Assembly (NCBI GenBank): GCA_900756545.1
Contig: CAAEKO010000034.1
Location: 48,662 to 72,661 of the forward strand
DNA length: 24,000 nucleotides
Reading direction: 5' to 3'
Origin: Clostridia bacterium
GTDB taxonomy: Bacteria; Bacillota; Clostridia; UBA1381
The notes beneath the pieces are model-generated. The model had not been told where the DNA came from. It was given only the letters and a program-made list of their open reading frames with translations, and searched no databases. A program made the translations under genes and the position numbers. Below are positions 1 to 8,865 of this stretch, one piece after another; within the stretch, counting starts at the first letter, position 1; each line of letters begins with the position of its first letter.

Positions 1-4
1 GGAA

Positions 5-415
5 ATGGTAACTGCTAACAATAATAATATGATATTGTCCGCAAACTTTGTGGGTGTTGATTTTAATGAAAATGATACAAGTTTTATTGGATATTGTATA
101 AAATCTTTACCGCTTAAAGATTGGCGAAGTTTTATAGAAGAAGATTATTGTTTATCTTTTGAATATGAAAGAACAGGGACAATTAACGAGTTTTTTATTG
201 AATTTAAGAACTGTCCTATAAACAAGAAGATTCTTAATTTGAAAGTGATACCTACACATGAGAAGCAAACATTTGTTATAAGATTAAAAGATTTTGAAAA
301 TGTAATAGAAGATTGGAAATCTGTTGATGAAATATGTATTGTATTTTTTCCTAATAAATCAAAAAAAGTTTATGGTACAGTATCTATTTATGACTTAAAA
401 ATATGTATTAAATAA
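5..415 (+). CDS. hypothetical protein, possibly N-terminally truncated by the window; partner ORF of the RES-domain gene
   Basis: Open frame starting at base 5 and ending 13 bp before the next CDS. No family recognised. The true start may lie upstream of the window. Confidence 0.55.
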   Translation: MVTANNNNMILSANFVGVDFNENDTSFIGYCIKSLPLKDWRSFIEEDYCLSFEYERTGTINEFFIEFKNCPINKKILNLKVIPTHEKQTFVIRLKDFENVIEDWKSVDEICIVFFPNKSKKVYGTVSIYDLKICIK

Positions 416-428
416 TTGGAGGTGCATT

Positions 429-1553
429 ATGATTATTGATATTTCTGATACTACTTTTAAAGACCTTTTAAAAGATGAAAAATTATATTTACCAATTCGC
501 TGGGATGGTAGCGACTTTCCAACTACACTACATTCTTTATTTAATTATTACATGAAGAAATTAGAGTTTCTTGTAAATGAGGAAGACCGTTACACGCCAT
601 ATGTACGTGTAGATAGACATGAGATTAAAAGAGTATGCGGATTAATTGTAAAAGCTGTAGAACACTACTTAAATGGTTTTCCCTCAAAATCTTATGAAAC
701 ATTTAACAGAGCAATGCGAGTATTAATGAATACTCCATTAAAGGTTTATCAAAAGAGTGTTATGGAACATTTTGACAAATCGGTCAATTGCTATGATGAC
801 GATGAATTAAAGCTATATCGCGTTACCTGTGTTTCTGACAATAAGCCTTATGACAGAAAGCGAGTATTTCATACACCATACAATATGAGGTCTAAAGTAT
901 CTACAAGCAGATATAGTATCGCAGGCTATCCGAGTTTATATTTAGGAACATCATTAGAGTTATGTTGTGAAGAAATCCACTTAAATCCATATAAAGATTT
1001 TGCTTTGGCTTCTGCTTTTAAACTTGAAAGAACGCTTGAATATACAAATACTAATATTAGTGTAATAGAATTGGGGGTTAAACCGCAAGATTTTATAGGA
1101 TTAGAGCCTACAAACGAAAGGACTCGCAGAACTATTCCTCGTGATTTATTAAAAGATAAAACTGTTAAATCAGCATACTTGCTTTGGTATCCTTTGATTG
1201 CAGCCTGCTCTTTTATAAGGACAAACAAAAATGATCCGTTTGCTGCTGAATACATAATACCTCAACTATTAATGCAATGGGTTCGTAATGAAATGAGTTC
1301 TTCGCCCCAAGATGAGTATGACCAACTGATTGGAATACGATATTTTTCTTGTGCGTCAATTAAATCATCTGATATGGGATTCAATTATGTATTCCCTACA
1401 AGCGGACAGCAAAAATCAGCAGAACTTCCTTATTGTTCTGTTTTAACAAAATCTTTTAAGTTGACCACCCCGAAATATATTCACGAATATGATAATATTG
1501 ACTCTTGCGAATGGAAATTAAGAAAATCAAAGGATTTCGATTTTATTAATTAG
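429..1553 (+). CDS. RES-domain-containing protein (candidate NAD+-degrading toxin-like enzyme) with a long N-terminal extension
   Basis: The translation contains LYRVTCVSD...VFHTPYNMRSKVSTSRYSIAGYPSLYLGTSLELCCEEI, which fits the RES-family pattern of conserved R, E and S in a 'RY..-G-PsLYLg.Sle.C..E' context. Preceded by GGAGGTG near base 418. Confidence 0.75.
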   Translation: MIIDISDTTFKDLLKDEKLYLPIRWDGSDFPTTLHSLFNYYMKKLEFLVNEEDRYTPYVRVDRHEIKRVCGLIVKAVEHYLNGFPSKSYETFNRAMRVLMNTPLKVYQKSVMEHFDKSVNCYDDDELKLYRVTCVSDNKPYDRKRVFHTPYNMRSKVSTSRYSIAGYPSLYLGTSLELCCEEIHLNPYKDFALASAFKLERTLEYTNTNISVIELGVKPQDFIGLEPTNERTRRTIPRDLLKDKTVKSAYLLWYPLIAACSFIRTNKNDPFAAEYIIPQLLMQWVRNEMSSSPQDEYDQLIGIRYFSCASIKSSDMGFNYVFPTSGQQKSAELPYCSVLTKSFKLTTPKYIHEYDNIDSCEWKLRKSKDFDFIN

Positions 1554-1586
1554 CAAATAGTCGCATTTTAAACCACTAACAAAATA

Positions 1587-1620
1587 CCTCTTGCAGTAGG
1601 AAAATTGCAAGAGGTTTTTT
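1587..1620 (+). terminator. intrinsic terminator after the RES-domain gene
   Basis: Perfect inverted repeat CCTCTTGCA (1587-1595) / TGCAAGAGG (1606-1614) followed by TTTTTT. Confidence 0.8.
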
Positions 1621-1627
1621 TGTGTAT

Positions 1628-1655
1628 TCAATTATCACTCAATTTATACTCAATG
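1628..1655. repeat. 11-bp-phased TCAAT triplet (site A) between the RES gene and the integrase
   Basis: TCAATTATCAC-TCAATTTATAC-TCAATG with repeat starts at 1628, 1639 and 1650. Confidence 0.75.
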
Positions 1656-1922
1656 GAAATAACCGATTCATCTGTTATAGTTATAATACAAGTTTGCAAA
1701 CTTATTCAGTCCGTAAACTAAATATTTTCGGACAATGTAAAATTCGGCATTATTACTGGATTTTACGGCTGTTTATATTTAATGACAGCATAATATGTTA
1801 AAATAATTATAGCACATAAACTGCGGAAAATCAAGCATTTAGGGGATTTTCTCCCTTTTGCACAAGAAATATTTTATTTTATTCTCCGTCAGTATTGTAG
1901 TCAGATGAAAGGAAGTGTTATC

Positions 1923-2972
1923 ATGGGTCGCAGAGGCGAAAATATCTATAAACGCAAAGACGGTCGGTATGAGGGCAGATACATAAAATATTATGATATG
2001 TCCGGAAAGGCTGTTTACGGATATATTTATTCCAAAAGCTATACAGAAATCAAGGAAAAAGTCGCAAAATGTAAAACAGAAAGACATTCAGCATATAAAG
2101 GCTCAAACACCTTGCTTTGCGATTGGCTTGAAATATGGTTGATGTCGCAAGGGGTATTAAAACCTACAACTCAAAGAGTTTATAAAAGCCATATTAAAAA
2201 CCATATCAATCCGCAAATTGGTAATATTCCGCTAAAAAAGCTAAATACCGAAATTTTGCAGAATTTTATAAACAGTTTGGAGTTGTCAGCTTCAACGATA
2301 AAAACAGTATTCAGTACATTAAAATCTGCACTATCAGAAGCAGAGGACAAGGGATTTATAACATGTATGGAGTAAGGTTAAATTACCCAAAAAGGATATA
2401 TCAATAGTTCGAGTATTATCGACAGCAGAACAGCAACGGCTTGAAAAGGCATTAACAGACATGCAGATATAGGTATTTTAATTTGTTTGTATACAGGACT
2501 TCGTATTGGTGAATTATGTGCATTAAAATGGAATGATATTAACTTTGAATTATCTACATTAACCGTCAACGGAACACAAGCCCGAACAGAAAATGGTGTT
2601 GAAATTATATCTCCAAAGAGCAAGACATCAAAAAGAGAAATTCCTATACCGCCGTTTCTTCTTGATAAAATCAAGTCACTACCACGAAAAGGTGAGTTTG
2701 TCATTTCAAAGTACGGAAAGCCTTTTGATGTCCGCACTTACAGGCGGCATTTCAAAAAAGTATTGAAAAAAGCAAATTTGCCGGATATAAAATTCCATTC
2801 TCTGCGGCATACATTTTCAACCCGTGCTTTGGAGGTGGGTATGGATTATAAAACCTTATCGGAAATACTCGGTCATTCGTCTGTAGCAATTACCCTTGAT
2901 TTATATGCACATTCTCTCAAAGAGCATAAGAAAAAGCAGATGTGCAAGCTCGGTGAAATTTTTAATTCGTAG
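1923..2972 (+). pseudogene. tyrosine recombinase (phage/Tn916-type integrase), apparently broken by two frameshifts
   Basis: N-terminal part (ATG at 1923 with AAAGGA upstream) has an AP2-like and SAM-like region (GRYEGRYIKYY..., WLEIWLMSQG...YKSHIKNHINPQIG). C-terminal part has catalytic motifs TGLRIGELCALKW, HSLRHTFSTRALE and LGHSSVAITLDLYAH. The middle (about 2365-2460) reads VWSKVKLPKKDISIVRVLSTAEQQRLEKALTD in another frame, so three frames are needed to rebuild the protein. Confidence 0.85.
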
Positions 2973-2988
2973 TCAAAATTTGTAGTCA

Positions 2989-3031
2989 AAAAAGCGTAAA
3001 GGCTGATAAAGTCAACGCCTTTACGCTTTTT
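2989..3031 (+). terminator. intrinsic terminator after the integrase pseudogene
   Basis: Perfect 15-bp inverted repeat AAAAAGCGTAAAGGC (2989-3003) / GCCTTTACGCTTTTT (3017-3031). Confidence 0.85.
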
Positions 3032-3224
3032 GTCCGAAAATATTTAGTTTACGGACAAATGGTAAATATATGTTTTCGTTATTACTACCTTATATGGCTA
3101 CTATCAACTTTTTTACAAATAATATACAAAAATTCAGAGAAAGGAATATAAAAATGTTTGACACTTCATAAAAGACTAATAAAGATTATAATGATAAAAA
3201 TTACTAATAGAAGGAGAAATAAAT

Positions 3225-6200
3225 ATGAAAAAACTAATAAGCTTATTTTTAACTTTATGTATTACAATAACTATGTTTTCGACTTTTGTTCTGACAGCTT
3301 ATGCAGAAAATGGTACTTGCGGGGATAATGCATTTTGGAAAATAGAAAACGGTGTTTTGACAATATCCGGAAGCGGAAAGGTTGAAGGTGTTCAATTTAA
3401 TGGGAAAGACTTCCACACTGTCATATTTGATGATGGAATTACCAGTATTAATCGGGAAATTTTTAGCGGTTGTTATCAGCTTTCTAAGGTTACATTACCA
3501 AAAAATTTGGTTTATATTCCTTATAAAGCCTTTTACAATTGCTATTCATTAAGAGAAATAGTGATTCCCGAAAAGGTATCACAAATTGCAGCGTTGGCAT
3601 TTGCAGAAACATCTTTAGATAGCATCACAATACCGAAAAGCATGTTGCTTATAGGTCAGCAAGCATTTGCTGTTGCGACAGGCTGGACTATTGATGGCGT
3701 TGAATATACAGGAATTAAAGATATATATTATAATGGTACACAGCAACAGTGGAACAATATTAAAATCATTTCTGGGAAAGAAGATATCTATGGATATCAG
3801 ACCGATAACAGCGAATTAAATAAAGCGACAATACATTATAATAATGATATTTCTTACTCGGGGAAATGTGGCGACAATGCAACATGGAAAATAGAAAATA
3901 ACACATTGTATATTTCAGGAACTGGTGAGATGAATGCTTACTGTAACCTCGAAAAGGGATGGACATATCCTGAGTGGTTGGCATATGATTATGATACAAT
4001 CCAAGTAAATGAAGGTATAACTAAAATAGGAATGTGTGCATTTGATGAAACAATTGTTCCAATGGGCTTAACATTCGAATGGGGTTCTCTTACTGAAGAA
4101 CAAATTGAAGAAAACCAGCTATATCAATTTGATAACGGTAACTTTTATTTTAACAGAGACCATGTGAAAAAAGTTATTTTACCTAAATCTCTTTCAACTA
4201 TAAGTTCAGAAGCATTTTGGAAATGTAACAAATTGACTGATGTATACTACGCAGGCACAGAAACGGAGTGGAACAACATTGAAATCAGCACCAATAACGA
4301 ATCACTGTTAAATGCAGAAATTCATTACAGCACTCAGAATGGCAATAAGAATTTTACGGGAATTACTTTTGAAGATAAGTTTTTCGAATATGACGGTTCA
4401 GAAAAGACATTATTAATTTCCGGCACATTGCCCGGCGATGCATCGGTAAGATATATCAACAACAAGGCTATCCAAGGCGGCGAATATACTGCTACTGCTA
4501 TCATAACTGCCGATGGATATAACACACTCACATTGACAGCAACGATGACGATAGGATTTAGAGTAAATAATGTGATTTTACCGCTTGAAGGATATGAAAT
4601 AGGAAAGCCATGGGATAATTGTTGGACTTTTGCACAAAATGTATATCAAGAAATTTGGGGATCGGCCAAGGGCGAAGACCTACTTCGCAGTCTTGATACA
4701 GAAGATAAAAAAATAACAGAAAAGAATGTTAGAAATTTTATATTGTCTTCTGAACTCGGAGCAAATATCCGATTGGAAGATGGTGAAGATATAAATATCC
4801 ATTCGTTAATTTTAGTTCAGAAAGATAATGATGGATTTACGGTATATCATGGAAACTATAATGAAGCAATTTATTTTACTCGTTATACTTATTCTGAGTT
4901 TGCAGAACATTATGCAGACTATAAATATTTTGCATACATCAATTTCCCGAATGCACCAGAATACAGTAAAGCACCTCAAAGCATTACATTGGAAAACATT
5001 CCATCAAAAACATATGGTGACGCTCCGTTTGCATTGACAGTAACACCTGATGCTACTGCAAATCTGACAAACTTTACATATGACTCAAGCGATAAAAATG
5101 TTGCTACAGTAGATGAAAGTGGCAATGTAACAATCGTTGGCGCCGGTGAAACAATTATTAGCGTTACAGAATCTGGTAATGAAGAATACGCAAAGACAAC
5201 AGTCACAAAGAAATTGACTGTTAATAAAAAAGCATTGGAAATTAAGGTTGACGATGTTACAATCACTTATGGTGATGAAATAGATACAAATATTACTTAT
5301 ACAGGCTTTATTGATGGTGAAGATGAAACTGTATTGACAAAGGCTGTTGAAGTTGGCGGATATTCTGCAAAGCCAAATGTCGGTGAGTATGACATCATTT
5401 TAAGCGGAGCAGAAGCAGCTAACTATGAAATCAGTTATGTAAAAGCGAAATTAACTGTAAATAAGAAAGATGTGACTGTTACACAGTTAAAAGTATTTGA
5501 TAAAGCTGCGGACACAACAACCGATGCTACAATAAACACATCAAGCTTGGTAATTGATGGTATGGTTTTAGGTGATGATATTACTATTGACTTCACAAAT
5601 GCGGTTGCTACATTTGAAACAGCAGAAGTGGGTAATGATATTGTTGTCACTATTACTGCTCTGAAACTCGTTGGAACTCATGCAGAAAATTATAATTTGA
5701 CAAATACTGAAATTGAAACTACCGCATCAATTAAAGAAACAATTACTGCTTCCGATATTGCGGCACAGATAACTGCACTTTCTGTCGTTAAAGATTCTAC
5801 TGAAATTATATTACCTAATGTCCCTGCCGGATACAAAATTACACTAAAAGCTTCCGATAATGAAGATGTAGTAAAAACTGATGGAAGTGTTGCTCCTGTT
5901 GAAAATGATACACAGGTTGGGTTGACATTTACTGTAACAAATGAAGCCGATGAAACTGATGTTGCGGATACCGCTGTAATTAATGTCATAATTCCTGCTG
6001 CAACAAAGATTAACATTGCTGTAACAGCCGAAGCAAATGGTACCGTTACAGGAAGTGGTGAATATCTTAAAAACTCTAATGTAACTGTTGCTGCTACCCC
6101 TAATAGCGGTTATAAGTTCAGCGGTTGGTATAACGGAGAAACTTCTGTATCTACAAATGCATCTTACACATTCAAAGCAGAAAGAGACATTGCTCTCGTA

Positions 6201-7064
6201 GCTAAATTTGCTAAAACGACTTCATCTGGCGGCAGTGGTTCTTCCTCATATGTTGTAAAATTTGAAACAAATGGTGGAGGTAAAGTTGCAAGTCAGAGTT
6301 TAAAGAGAAATGCAGTAGTAAAAAAGCCTGCTACTCCAACTAAAGAAGGTTATACTTTTGAAGGTTGGTACACAGATAAAGAATTAACAACCGAATATGA
6401 TTTTTCCACTGAAGTCACAAAAGGATTTACACTTTACGCTAAGTGGACAGAATTAAAAACAGATGTTGAAAAGCCCGGTGATACAGAGAAGCCTGATGCA
6501 AGCAGTTCACTTCCGTTTGAAGATGTTAAATCCAACGATTGGTTCTATGGTTCTGTTAAGTATGTTTATGAAAACGGACTTATGAATGGTACGACTGACA
6601 CCACATTTGCACCGAATGACCATTTAACTCGTGCAATGCTTGTTACAATTCTCTATCGTGCGGCGGGTGAGCCAGAAGTAAATAATAGTGTTCCTTTTGA
6701 GGATGTAAATGCTGACAGCTATTATACAAAGGCTATTATCTGGGCACAGCAGAACGGCATTGTTTCGGGTGTATCCGAAAATGAATTTGCGCCTGATGAA
6801 AATATCACAAGGGAACAGATTGCAACTATTATGTACAGATACGCACAGTACAAGGGTTATGATGTCAGCGTAGGAGAAAACACAAATATCCTCTCTTATG
6901 ACGATTTTGACAGCGTTTCCGAATACGCAATATCAGCTATGCAGTATGCAGTCGGAAACGGTTTAATTAAGGGCAAATCCGAAAGTACATTAAATCCGCA
7001 GGACAATGCTACAAGAGCAGAAATAGCTACAATACTTCAAAGATTTATTGTGGCTAACAAATAA
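3225..7064 (+). CDS. large secreted S-layer-homology surface protein: signal peptide, BspA-like leucine-rich repeats, MBG/Big-like domains, InlB B-repeat-like modules, three C-terminal SLH domains
   Basis: N-terminal MKKLISLFLTLCITITMFSTFVLTAYAE signal peptide; LRR-like VTLPKNLVYIPYKAFYNCYSL; MBG-like KTYGDAPFALTVTPDATAN; KFETNGGGKVASQSLKR...GYTFEGWYTDKEL InlB-type repeat; three SLH units FEDVKSNDWFYGSVKYVYENGLMNG, FEDVNADSYYTKAIIWAQQNGIVSG and YDDFDSVSEYAISAMQYAVGNGLIKG. GAAGGAG RBS near 3211. Confidence 0.92.
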   Translation: MKKLISLFLTLCITITMFSTFVLTAYAENGTCGDNAFWKIENGVLTISGSGKVEGVQFNGKDFHTVIFDDGITSINREIFSGCYQLSKVTLPKNLVYIPYKAFYNCYSLREIVIPEKVSQIAALAFAETSLDSITIPKSMLLIGQQAFAVATGWTIDGVEYTGIKDIYYNGTQQQWNNIKIISGKEDIYGYQTDNSELNKATIHYNNDISYSGKCGDNATWKIENNTLYISGTGEMNAYCNLEKGWTYPEWLAYDYDTIQVNEGITKIGMCAFDETIVPMGLTFEWGSLTEEQIEENQLYQFDNGNFYFNRDHVKKVILPKSLSTISSEAFWKCNKLTDVYYAGTETEWNNIEISTNNESLLNAEIHYSTQNGNKNFTGITFEDKFFEYDGSEKTLLISGTLPGDASVRYINNKAIQGGEYTATAIITADGYNTLTLTATMTIGFRVNNVILPLEGYEIGKPWDNCWTFAQNVYQEIWGSAKGEDLLRSLDTEDKKITEKNVRNFILSSELGANIRLEDGEDINIHSLILVQKDNDGFTVYHGNYNEAIYFTRYTYSEFAEHYADYKYFAYINFPNAPEYSKAPQSITLENIPSKTYGDAPFALTVTPDATANLTNFTYDSSDKNVATVDESGNVTIVGAGETIISVTESGNEEYAKTTVTKKLTVNKKALEIKVDDVTITYGDEIDTNITYTGFIDGEDETVLTKAVEVGGYSAKPNVGEYDIILSGAEAANYEISYVKAKLTVNKKDVTVTQLKVFDKAADTTTDATINTSSLVIDGMVLGDDITIDFTNAVATFETAEVGNDIVVTITALKLVGTHAENYNLTNTEIETTASIKETITASDIAAQITALSVVKDSTEIILPNVPAGYKITLKASDNEDVVKTDGSVAPVENDTQVGLTFTVTNEADETDVADTAVINVIIPAATKINIAVTAEANGTVTGSGEYLKNSNVTVAATPNSGYKFSGWYNGETSVSTNASYTFKAERDIALVAKFAKTTSSGGSGSSSYVVKFETNGGGKVASQSLKRNAVVKKPATPTKEGYTFEGWYTDKELTTEYDFSTEVTKGFTLYAKWTELKTDVEKPGDTEKPDASSSLPFEDVKSNDWFYGSVKYVYENGLMNGTTDTTFAPNDHLTRAMLVTILYRAAGEPEVNNSVPFEDVNADSYYTKAIIWAQQNGIVSGVSENEFAPDENITREQIATIMYRYAQYKGYDVSVGENTNILSYDDFDSVSEYAISAMQYAVGNGLIKGKSESTLNPQDNATRAEIATILQRFIVANK

Positions 7065-7119
7065 ATACTAACATAAGGCTCTGTTTGATGTCATTTCAAG
7101 CAGGGCCTTAATATTTATA

Positions 7120-7157
7120 AAGGATTAAACTGTAGTTTACAGCTTAGTCCTTTTTCT
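7120..7157 (+). terminator. intrinsic terminator downstream of the SLH protein gene
   Basis: AAGGATTAAACTGTA (7120-7134) pairs with TACAGCTTAGTCCTT (7138-7152), allowing G:U, followed by a T-rich tract. Confidence 0.6.
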
Positions 7158-7162
7158 TTTGC

Positions 7163-7190
7163 TCAATTTTCGGTCAAATTGCACTCAATG
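7163..7190. repeat. 11-bp-phased TCAA(T) triplet (site B) upstream of parM-like gene
   Basis: TCAATTTTCGG-TCAAATTGCAC-TCAATG with repeat starts at 7163, 7174 and 7185. Confidence 0.75.
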
Positions 7191-7334
7191 AGTTTTTCAC
7201 CCTATTCTGTTATTCTAAAAGCACAGAAAGTTGGTGCAGCGGAAATATCACTTTTTGAATATTTAAAGCCACAGGAGGATAACACATTATGAAATTTTTT
7301 AGAATCAGAATAGGGAGAAAGGAGGACATAGGTT

Positions 7335-8258
7335 ATGAAAGAGCTTAACGGAGTGAAAATTATAGGCATAGACCACGGTTACGGCAATATCAAGAGCAGT
7401 TGCACCGTTACATCTACAGGGCTTTTCAAATATGAAACCGAGCCTGTATTTTCAGGAAACATTCTTGAATATAATGGCACATATTACCGTGTAGGTGAAG
7501 GTCACAAGGAGTTTATTGCCGACAAATCAACTGATGATGAATACTACATCTTTACCCTTATGGCTATTGCAAGAGAATTAAGCCGTGTGGGTATCACCTC
7601 TGCAAATGTGCATATTGCGGCCGGACTTCCTTTAACTTGGGTACGCTCACAGCGTGAGAAATTCCGCAAATATCTTATGCAGAATGATGAGATTAAATTT
7701 CGTTTTAACGGCAAACAATACTATGTTCGCATTGTTGGGAGCAGTATATTTCCGCAAGGCTATCCGGCAATAGTAGAAAACATATCACAGTTTACAGGAA
7801 CAAACATTCTCGCAGACATCGGCAACGGCACAATGAATATTATGTATATCAACAACAAAAAGCCGATTGAAAGCAAGTGCTGGACGGAGAAACTCGGTGT
7901 TAATCAATGTATGATTGCCGCTAAAAACAGCATTATGGATAAGTTCGGGGTAAAGATTGAGGATTCTGTTGTGGAACAGTATTTATGCTTTAAAGCAGCA
8001 GATATAAGCAAGGAATATCTTGACTGTCTGAATAGCGTTGCAACAGAATATACGGAACAAATCTTTTCTGCTCTCAGAAGATATGAATACAACTCCGGCT
8101 TGATGAGGCTGTATATTATCGGCGGTGGAGGTTGTCTTGTTGAAAATTTCGGTGAGTATGACAAAGACAGAGTAACAGTTATAAGCGATATATGTGCAAC
8201 AGCAAAAGGCTATGAGTATCTTGCATACAACAAGTTGCGAAAGGAGCAGAGCCGATGA
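7335..8258 (+). CDS. ParM/StbA-like actin-fold plasmid segregation ATPase
   Basis: Actin-like ATPase signatures: IIGIDHGYGNIKS (phosphate 1), NILADIGNGTMNIMYI (phosphate 2), LYIIGGGGCLVENF (adenosine motif). Strong AAAGGAGG RBS at 7318-7325. The ORF is followed by a coupled small gene. Confidence 0.85.
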   Translation: MKELNGVKIIGIDHGYGNIKSSCTVTSTGLFKYETEPVFSGNILEYNGTYYRVGEGHKEFIADKSTDDEYYIFTLMAIARELSRVGITSANVHIAAGLPLTWVRSQREKFRKYLMQNDEIKFRFNGKQYYVRIVGSSIFPQGYPAIVENISQFTGTNILADIGNGTMNIMYINNKKPIESKCWTEKLGVNQCMIAAKNSIMDKFGVKIEDSVVEQYLCFKAADISKEYLDCLNSVATEYTEQIFSALRRYEYNSGLMRLYIIGGGGCLVENFGEYDKDRVTVISDICATAKGYEYLAYNKLRKEQSR

Positions 8259-8650
8259 AAAACAATATTATCTGCACAAATATCCGCTTTAACCTTGATA
8301 ATCCCTTGCACCAAAAGGCTTGGGAATATCTGAAAACAATGGATAAGTCGCAATTTAAGTCATACACCCACGCAACAGCACTTTCAATCACGGAAATGTT
8401 TGACCGTTTTTACAAGCTGCAAGCAGATCCTTATCTTGAAACCCGACGGCGAGAGGAACAATTTGTGGCACAAATTGTTGAAGCCGTTGAAAAAGCCTTG
8501 AATGAGGCTTTACCGAGCTTTCTTCTTTCGTGTATTGCGAGTTTTGCTAATCTGCAAATATCTCCGAGTATTGCTCAAAATCCCATTCAAAACAATGACA
8601 GTAATACCGAAAATGAAGAAATTGACTGGGATTTTATCAGCGAAAGCTAA
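8255..8650 (+). CDS. candidate ParR-like centromere-binding adaptor, translationally coupled to the ParM-like gene
   Basis: 4-bp ATGA overlap with the ParM-like CDS, small size (131 aa), N-terminal segment (NIICTNIRFNLDNPLHQKAWEYLKTMDK) compatible with a ribbon-helix-helix adaptor, and acidic C-terminus. The call relies mainly on synteny. Confidence 0.6.
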   Translation: MKNNIICTNIRFNLDNPLHQKAWEYLKTMDKSQFKSYTHATALSITEMFDRFYKLQADPYLETRRREEQFVAQIVEAVEKALNEALPSFLLSCIASFANLQISPSIAQNPIQNNDSNTENEEIDWDFISES

Positions 8651-8687
8651 TTATGGTATTGAAAATTGCATTTCCAATACCATAATT
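8649..8687. terminator. stem-loop immediately downstream of parR-like gene
   Basis: Perfect 13-bp inverted repeat AATTATGGTATTG (8649-8661) / CAATACCATAATT (8675-8687). Confidence 0.6.
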
Positions 8688-8775
8688 AAAAGCTGTAACT
8701 ATGCCTTAATCGGCATAATACCAAATATAATTGATATTCGTACCTTATTGGTACAGAAATCAATTATATTTAATG

Positions 8776-8811
8776 CGTAATTGCAAAAAGTCAATGCTTT
8801 TTACAATTACG
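8776..8811. repeat. inverted repeat / hairpin
   Basis: CGTAATTGCAAAAAG (8776-8790) versus CTTTTTACAATTACG (8797-8811), 14 of 15 paired, loop TCAATG. Confidence 0.7.
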
Positions 8812-8865
8812 AAAGGCTTTCGAGCAAACTGCCCTACAGCTTTTGCACGCACCTTTTCGGTGCAT

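Noticed and set aside
926-1255. Minus-strand ORF of 109 aa inside the RES-domain gene
   Set aside because: Fully antisense to a well-supported CDS and lacks a family signature.
1894-2993. TTGTAGTCA-like direct repeats flanking the integrase (about 1894 and 2980) as att sites
   Set aside because: Only about 9-10 bp shared and one copy is doubled within the integrase tail; too short to claim an attachment site.
3158-3192. Promoter TTGACA (3158-3163) with TATAAT (3187-3192) before the SLH gene
   Set aside because: Spacing is 23 bp, too long for a standard sigma-A promoter; the true -10 may be the weaker sequence near 3180, so it was not listed as a feature.
4976-6016. Several minus-strand ORFs (4976-5266, 5435-5650, 5690-6016) rich in Val/Ser/Thr
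   Set aside because: Antisense artefacts of the repetitive Thr/Val-rich surface protein gene.
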